From an uncultured Gemmatimonadaceae bacterium (GTDB taxonomy: Bacteria; Gemmatimonadota; Gemmatimonadetes; Gemmatimonadales; Gemmatimonadaceae): a DNA stretch of 64,000 bases. Below the pieces are notes generated by a model, which was not told the origin of the DNA, did no database searches, and saw nothing but the letters and a program-made list of their open reading frames with translations. This document shows positions 58,532 to 64,000 of this stretch, one piece after another. The translations under genes and the position numbers were made by a program. Each line of letters opens with the position of its first letter. Position 1 is the first letter of the stretch. The stretch lies in assembly GCA_963790305.1 (NCBI GenBank), contig CAWBOC010000002.1:184915-248914 (forward strand). The letters are read 5' to 3'.

Positions 58532-59485
58532 GTGAACGATCAACTGTCGCGAAGAGACATGCTCCGGGCCGCCGCGGCGTCGCTCGCGGCGCTGTCGCTG
58601 CCCGCACCGCTTTCCGCGTGCGTCCCCGAGCGTCGCCCCGCGGCGCAGCCCGCCTCCGCGTCGTCGCCCCCCGATGAGGATCGCGCCCGCCTAACCAGCT
58701 GGGCCGCGCGGCTCCGCACCGAGCAGCTCGCGCGTGGCGACGTGCCCGCCGGCCGCGCCGCGACCCGAGTCGGCGAGCTGGCCGTCGGCACTCCGTACGT
58801 GGCGTTCACGCTCGAGGAATACATTCGGGCGGGAGGCGACCCGTCCGGGCCCGAGCCGCTCGCCCTTTCTCTGACGCGATTCGACTGCGTCTCGCTGGTG
58901 GAATCCTGTCTCGCCGTCACGCGGGTCGCTGACGACCCGTCCGACCCGACGTGGGAGCGCTTTAGCCGCGAGATGGAGCGAATGCGCTACCGTGGCGGCG
59001 AGCGGCGCGACTACACGTCGCGGCTGCACTACTTCAGCGAATGGATCACCGACGGGGCGCGTCGCGGCCTGCTTCGCGATCTAGGCCGCGATCTGGGGGG
59101 CGTGGAAGACGCGCGGCCATTGCGATTCATGACCGAGCATCGTGCGAGCTATCCTGCGCTGGTGAACGATGCCGTGTTCGAGGGAATCGCCGCCATGGAG
59201 CGCAGCCTCGACGACCAACCGCGCCGGGTGATTCCGACGAATCGAATTCCCGAGGTGAGCGACCGCATCGAAACGGGAGACGTCCTCGCCTTCGCCACCG
59301 CGATTCCCGGGTTGGATGTCACCCACTCCGCGTTCGCCTATCGGGATGGGCAGGGAGTGCTTCGCGTGCTGCACGCGCCCCTGTCCGGTGGCGCGGTCGA
59401 GATCACGACGACGACGCTCCCGGAGTACGTCGCCGCGATCCGCCGCTCGACGGGGATTCTCGTCGCGCGCCCGTTGCGCGCGTAG
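58532..59485 (+). CDS. DUF1460 (NlpC/P60-like) N-acetylmuramoyl-L-alanine amidase-like protein, Tat lipoprotein
   Basis: SRRDML Tat-like motif, LSAC lipobox; GTPYVAFTL, FDCVSLVE, RLHYFSEW, GLDVTH, LHA. Confidence 0.88.
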   Translation: MNDQLSRRDMLRAAAASLAALSLPAPLSACVPERRPAAQPASASSPPDEDRARLTSWAARLRTEQLARGDVPAGRAATRVGELAVGTPYVAFTLEEYIRAGGDPSGPEPLALSLTRFDCVSLVESCLAVTRVADDPSDPTWERFSREMERMRYRGGERRDYTSRLHYFSEWITDGARRGLLRDLGRDLGGVEDARPLRFMTEHRASYPALVNDAVFEGIAAMERSLDDQPRRVIPTNRIPEVSDRIETGDVLAFATAIPGLDVTHSAFAYRDGQGVLRVLHAPLSGGAVEITTTTLPEYVAAIRRSTGILVARPLRA

Positions 59486-59494
59486 AGAACATGA

Positions 59495-59581
59495 AGGCGC
59501 TAGAGGCGCTAGAGAAAGGCGCTAAAGGCGCTGAAGCGCTGGAGGTTTCCCCTCTAGCGCCTCTAGCGCCTCTAGCGCCTC
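59495..59581. repeat. Inverted tandem-nonamer palindrome, (GAGGCGCTA)n
   Basis: aggcgctagaggcgctag.. loop ggtttcccct, then (ctctagcgc)x3; between convergent genes. Confidence 0.9.
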
Positions 59582-59584
59582 AGC

Positions 59585-61141
59585 TTAATTCGCCCCGTCC
59601 GTCTGCGCGAACTGCAGCGTATAAGAGCCGATCTGCCGGCCATGCTCCTTGCCACTCTCGATGTCGCTGCGGTAGTGAATCCCGCCGTAGAGGCGTGAGA
59701 TCGCCGCTTCATCGCGCATCGCGTCGAAGCGCGATGCCGCGGTCGGGAACAGGTACGAGAGCACGGACGCAGCCGCCGCGGAGAACGTCGAGTGCCCGGA
59801 GCTGTACGAGGGGAAATTGGGGAGCCCGATCGGCGTCTTGATGCTCGGGTCGAGCTGGCTCGGTCTCGGGTTGAAGTAGGCGAACTTCGTCTCCCAGCAG
59901 CCCACCGCGGCATCGTGCATGGCTGCGTTGAGCAGGGCGAACGCCCGCGCGCTGCGGACTTCGCTCATTCGCGCGTCGCGAACGTATTCGGCCGCGATGT
60001 CGTTCCAGTGCCCGGGTGGAGTGTACGTTCCGGCGCCGTCGTTCCAGCGCAGGGCAATCGCGAGCTGCTCGCGCGTCAGATGGTCGACGGTATGCTTCAC
60101 CTCGTCGAGCTCCTGGCGCATTTGCTCGGACGACGTCGACGGGGGCGGTCCCGGACGCGCCGCCAGGACCTGGGCAGGCGTCATCATCCAGGCACGGACG
60201 AGGCCGAAGTTAGGCAGCATCGGCGGCCGCGCCGGCGACTCCTGGCTCCTCCAGGGAACCTCGCCATGGGCGATCGCCGAGTCCGCCAGCGCCTGCCAGA
60301 GCGCCGGGCTCCCACCGGCCGTCCGCATCCCATCGTTCGCCGCGCGGGCGAGGAACACTGCGGCCACCGCCTTGCCTAACGCCAGCCCCGCCGCAATGTC
60401 GCTCGCGGATGCCTTTCCCGACCACAGCGCCGCGTTGCGCTGCTCGGCGGCCTTGAGCGTGATCTCGTCCACGGCGGCGGGGAACAATGCCTTGAGCAGC
60501 TCGACCGTGACGCCGGACAGCACGGCGTCCTCGGAGGGATACGCAGGCAGATCCGTCATCGGAACCAGTGCCTGGACCGCGTTGTCGACTCTCGCTGGCG
60601 ACGCGCGGTTGAACTGGTACTTCCAGTGCCATGCGGCCTTGAGCGCGTCGTACTGCGCGGCGCTCACGTAGCTGTAGGCTCGCGCCGCGTAGGCAGGATT
60701 GGCGAAGGGGAAGTTCGGGTCAGCGAACGGGTTCTCGGCGTCGGGCACCGGATAGGTCCCGTCGGGTGCCGGAGCGGGGGGCAGGTTGAATTGCGCCACC
60801 AGCTCGCGAACAATCTGGTTCCAGCGGAGCACGCCACCGCCGCTCCAGTAGGCGATGGACTGCCGCTGTGCGCCGGTGAGCTTCGCTTGCGTCGCCTTGA
60901 TCGCGTTGAGCTCCGCGACGTACGCCGGCGACGTGACCGCCGCCGGGGCCGCGACCGCGAACTGATCCGGGCCCGTGAGCACCAGCATGCGCCAGGTGGC
61001 GGCGTTCGCGTCGAGCGCGGCCGGATTGAGCGGCGGCAGCGCCTCAGTGGGACTGATGGTGTTGTCGCAGCCGAAGCCGGACAACGTCAACGCGCACGCA
61101 GTGGCAGTCGCTACGAGAGTTTGGCGGCCGGACGGTCTCAT
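59585..61141 (-). CDS. PAP2/vanadium haloperoxidase-like lipoprotein with duplicated domain
   Basis: C-domain K..YFNPRP, FPSYSSGH, SRLYGGIHYRSD; N-domain K..FNRASP, PAYPSED. Confidence 0.88.
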   Translation of the reverse strand: MRPSGRQTLVATATACALTLSGFGCDNTISPTEALPPLNPAALDANAATWRMLVLTGPDQFAVAAPAAVTSPAYVAELNAIKATQAKLTGAQRQSIAYWSGGGVLRWNQIVRELVAQFNLPPAPAPDGTYPVPDAENPFADPNFPFANPAYAARAYSYVSAAQYDALKAAWHWKYQFNRASPARVDNAVQALVPMTDLPAYPSEDAVLSGVTVELLKALFPAAVDEITLKAAEQRNAALWSGKASASDIAAGLALGKAVAAVFLARAANDGMRTAGGSPALWQALADSAIAHGEVPWRSQESPARPPMLPNFGLVRAWMMTPAQVLAARPGPPPSTSSEQMRQELDEVKHTVDHLTREQLAIALRWNDGAGTYTPPGHWNDIAAEYVRDARMSEVRSARAFALLNAAMHDAAVGCWETKFAYFNPRPSQLDPSIKTPIGLPNFPSYSSGHSTFSAAAASVLSYLFPTAASRFDAMRDEAAISRLYGGIHYRSDIESGKEHGRQIGSYTLQFAQTDGAN

Positions 61142-61149
61142 GCGGGCGG

Positions 61150-62058
61150 CTAGAAGTTGAAGGTGTAGAAGAAGCCCCCCGTCACCGTCGTGGACTGACC
61201 GACGTTGCGGCCGCTCAGCGTGCGAGTCGCTCCGAGTCGCATCGCCGGCACTTTGGGGATGTTGAGCGCGTACATGACGAAGGCGTCGACTTTGGTGAAG
61301 TTCATGCGATTCGACACGAACGGCATGTCCTGGCGGCGAATGTCACCGCCGCCTAACGTGCGCTGCTCGATGAACGAGATCGGGACGTACAACCGACCCT
61401 TTCGGTAGCCCGCGCTCAGTCGGTAATCGAACACGCGCGGCATCCGCACCTCGTCGGTGAGGTAGAGCTGCCCGTCGGTGTAGTACGCAGCGCGATCCAA
61501 CGTGACCTTGTTGCGCCACGTGTGGGCCGCCGAGCCGCTGACGAACCAGGCGTCGGGCGTCTCGAAGGCGAGCGTGAAGCGACCCGAGAAGCGCCGGCTT
61601 GCCGAGCCGATCGAGAGGGGCTGGAAGTCCGGGGTGTAATCGGAGAGCGGGACACCGACGGCAGCGCCCACGAAAGCTGCGAGCGTTCCGCGGCTGGTAA
61701 AGGGCGTTGCCAGGAGCCGGTACTTGGCGGCGACGGTGAGATCCTGAAAGCCCTCCAGCCCGTGCAGCGTACCCTGGCTCGAGCGTGTCCACACGTACGG
61801 CAGCATCGCGACGAGGGTGAGCTGATCGGTGAGTCCGTAGTGGCTGGCGAGCATCGCCGTCCGCGTCGTCAGCGTGCCAATGTTCTCGTTGTCGCGTTTG
61901 CGGCTGCCTTCCCAGTACTCATCCCAGCTGTCATAGGAGTACATGACGCCGGTCGTCAGGACGGTTTTCGACATCAGGAAGCCGTCGTCGATCGTCTGGG
62001 CGGCCAGCCGTGAGGCAGCCAGCGCGGTGACGGCAAAGAGGACTCTGGCTCGATGCAT
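61150..62058 (-). CDS. Putative outer-membrane beta-barrel (MetA-pathway/phenol degradation 'transporter'-like)
   Basis: Signal peptide; HYGLTD..LPYV, GFQDL..KYR, amphipathic strands, terminal YTFNF. Confidence 0.72.
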   Translation of the reverse strand: MHRARVLFAVTALAASRLAAQTIDDGFLMSKTVLTTGVMYSYDSWDEYWEGSRKRDNENIGTLTTRTAMLASHYGLTDQLTLVAMLPYVWTRSSQGTLHGLEGFQDLTVAAKYRLLATPFTSRGTLAAFVGAAVGVPLSDYTPDFQPLSIGSASRRFSGRFTLAFETPDAWFVSGSAAHTWRNKVTLDRAAYYTDGQLYLTDEVRMPRVFDYRLSAGYRKGRLYVPISFIEQRTLGGGDIRRQDMPFVSNRMNFTKVDAFVMYALNIPKVPAMRLGATRTLSGRNVGQSTTVTGGFFYTFNF

Positions 62059-62239
62059 GAGACCTCGTCGAGGCATGCGTAGAGAGGTGCACGCGCAGAA
62101 CTTCAAGGCGTGCGGTCGGACGGGAAGGACGGCGGCCAAGCGGGGCGAATAATAGGGCTGGGGCGGGCTCGTGAAAAGCCCGAAATCAACCCCGTAGCGG
62201 TTCAGGACCGCAGGGCAGCGGCCGGCCTCGAGGCAGTGA

Positions 62240-62280
62240 TGCGAAACGGCGGGGCTCCGTGGGAGCCCCGCCGTTTCGCA
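62240..62280. terminator. Strong hairpin/terminator after the TonB receptor gene
   Basis: TGCGAAACGGCGGGGCTCC-gtg-GGAGCCCCGCCGTTTCGCA perfect 19-bp stem. Confidence 0.75.
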
Positions 62281-62284
62281 CTGC

Positions 62285-64000
62285 TCACTGAAATGGTGTG
62301 CTGCTCGGTGGCTGCTGCTCCGGAGGACGCTCCCTGATCTTCGGAGCCTGACCGTAGTTGAACTGGAACGTCAGCCATGCCGAGCGCACGCCGAACTTGC
62401 GCACGGTCAGCTGCTGGACGTTGTCATCGCCCACGGTGACGCGGAACCGGTTGGTATTAAAGGGATCGTTGACGCGCAACCCAACGACCGCCTTGTCGCC
62501 GTTCAGCTTCTTTCGTACCGAGAACTGCATGCCCTGAAACGCCTCGAAGCGGCCGCGCTCGATGTTCATCGGCGCACGGTAGAAGTAGCTCGCCTGAACG
62601 GTGAACGTCTGCGTTAGCTGCGATGTGGCATTGAAGCGCGCCGACCACGTCACCGCGCTCGATCCGATGGCGGACTCGGATCCCCCATCGGTGACCTGCT
62701 TGAAGACATTGAAGCTCGTGAGCCCGTTGAACTTCGGCCCGAAGCGCAGGGAGCCGTTCAGGTCCGCGCCCCACGAGTTGCTGGTGGCGAGGTTCTCGAA
62801 CGAGATCGACGTCACTTCGCGAGAATTGATCGTGTCGGCCGTGTTGATGTTGACGCGGATGATGTCGCTGGTGTGGCGGAAGAACGGCGAGAACTGGATC
62901 GACCCGAGCTTGCCCGTGCGGCTCAGCCCAAGCTCGATCGCGTCGGTGTACTCGGGGTTCAGCTCGGGATTGCCAAGGAAGACGTTCTGGAGATCGAAGA
63001 ATGACGGGAACGGATTCAGCTCCTGCGTGCCCGGGCGGCGAATACGGCGCGAGTAGCTCATCTTGAGCTGCGTCGCCTCGCTCGGGTTGTACATAATGAC
63101 ACCGCTGGGGAAGAGACTGGCGTAGTCGTACGGAAACTCCTCCGCATCCAGCTGGAAGTTGCGGCTCGCGTGCTCGGCGCGCAGTCCAGCCTGGACCTGC
63201 ACCTTGCCCGCGTTCCGGCTCAGCACACCATACGCGGCGTGCACCGTCTCGTCGAACTCGAAGTCGTTGCTCATGTCGCTGCGCGTCCAGTCGCCTTCCC
63301 CTAACGAGTCCGTCTCGACGAGGAAGTCGCGATCGAGCAAGCGGGCGTTGCCCTTGTACCCCGTCTCGAGCTTGTAGGCGGTGCCGAACGAGCGGGTGTA
63401 GTCGGCCTGCGCCGTGAACTGCTTGGTGATGGCGTCGGTGAAGTTGTTCTCCCCTTCGACCGGGAAGCTCGTCGGGCTGCCCGAGCTGTTGAGCGGCTGC
63501 TTCCAGAACACCGAGCCGTCTTCGTCGTGTGAGCGGTTGAAGCGCACCTCGGTGGCCAGCTCGTGCTTGCGCGGCTCCATGACCCGCTTCAGCGCGATGG
63601 TGTAGTCGACCATGAACCCGCGCGTGTCGCTGTTGCGGGGACGGCTGTAGTAGTCGATCGGGGAACGCTCCTCATCGAGCTCGGTGTACCGGCTCGTCTG
63701 CGTGTCACCGCCATGACGGCGATTGATCGACAGCGCGTTCGACAGGGTGGTCTTCTGCGACAGCCTGTAATCGACGGTAGTGTTCAGGTTCTGGCCCTTA
63801 CCGCCCGTGCGACCGCCAATGTCCTGGTTGGTGACGCTCAGGAGCGACCGCACCGCATCGAAGCGCTCTCGATCGTTGATGCCCTCGATCTCACGATCGT
63901 CCGAGTAGACGCCGAGGTTCGACATGAGCGACAGTGGACCGCTCTGGTAGCCGACGTTGCCGGAGGCATTGTAGCGATCGGTTTCCGCGATGCTGCTGCT
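62285..64000 (-). CDS. TonB-dependent receptor / outer membrane beta-barrel family; 5' part beyond the window
   Basis: QAGLRAEH, LFPS, SYSRRIRRP..LNPF, GNPELNPEYT, LRVNDPFNT, FQFNYG. Confidence 0.9.
   Translation of the reverse strand, partial: SSSIAETDRYNASGNVGYQSGPLSLMSNLGVYSDDREIEGINDRERFDAVRSLLSVTNQDIGGRTGGKGQNLNTTVDYRLSQKTTLSNALSINRRHGGDTQTSRYTELDEERSPIDYYSRPRNSDTRGFMVDYTIALKRVMEPRKHELATEVRFNRSHDEDGSVFWKQPLNSSGSPTSFPVEGENNFTDAITKQFTAQADYTRSFGTAYKLETGYKGNARLLDRDFLVETDSLGEGDWTRSDMSNDFEFDETVHAAYGVLSRNAGKVQVQAGLRAEHASRNFQLDAEEFPYDYASLFPSGVIMYNPSEATQLKMSYSRRIRRPGTQELNPFPSFFDLQNVFLGNPELNPEYTDAIELGLSRTGKLGSIQFSPFFRHTSDIIRVNINTADTINSREVTSISFENLATSNSWGADLNGSLRFGPKFNGLTSFNVFKQVTDGGSESAIGSSAVTWSARFNATSQLTQTFTVQASYFYRAPMNIERGRFEAFQGMQFSVRKKLNGDKAVVGLRVNDPFNTNRFRVTVGDDNVQQLTVRKFGVRSAWLTFQFNYGQAPKIRERPPEQQPPSSTPFQ

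Overview
GC-rich, gene-dense bacterial chromosomal window. It is probably Gemmatimonadota; this is inferred from SusC/SusD-type pairs in a high-GC background, many lipoproteins and a fused 2-oxoacid dehydrogenase E1, and is not proven. About 60 CDS are present: core metabolism (fused E1, Gln-dependent NadE, class A PBP, 5'-3' exonuclease), many exported hydrolases, a LytS/LytTR pair, a SusC/SusD/Ntn-acylase cluster, a sugar-catabolism-like cluster, an ECF42/YciI module and a truncated TonB receptor. I recognised no rRNA, tRNA, CRISPR array or transposase. The most notable signals are non-coding. (1) A 19-bp [26 protein letters not shown] (RAE)-like palindrome lies directly upstream of a Rox-like FAD monooxygenase. 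(2) About 12 dispersed palindromes have arms made of locus-specific 7-mer or 9-mer tandem repeats with mirror-matched variants, and several share a GGG(G)AA(A)C loop motif. (3) A leader-ORF/terminator/anti-SD architecture precedes a small HNH gene. (4) A lipoprotein gene is tandemly duplicated together with a conserved sigma54-type promoter and TGGGA boxes. (5) A 41-aa membrane protein missed by the ORF track is coupled to a sugar transporter. Family assignments come from recognised motifs, not database searches, and start codons are best estimates.
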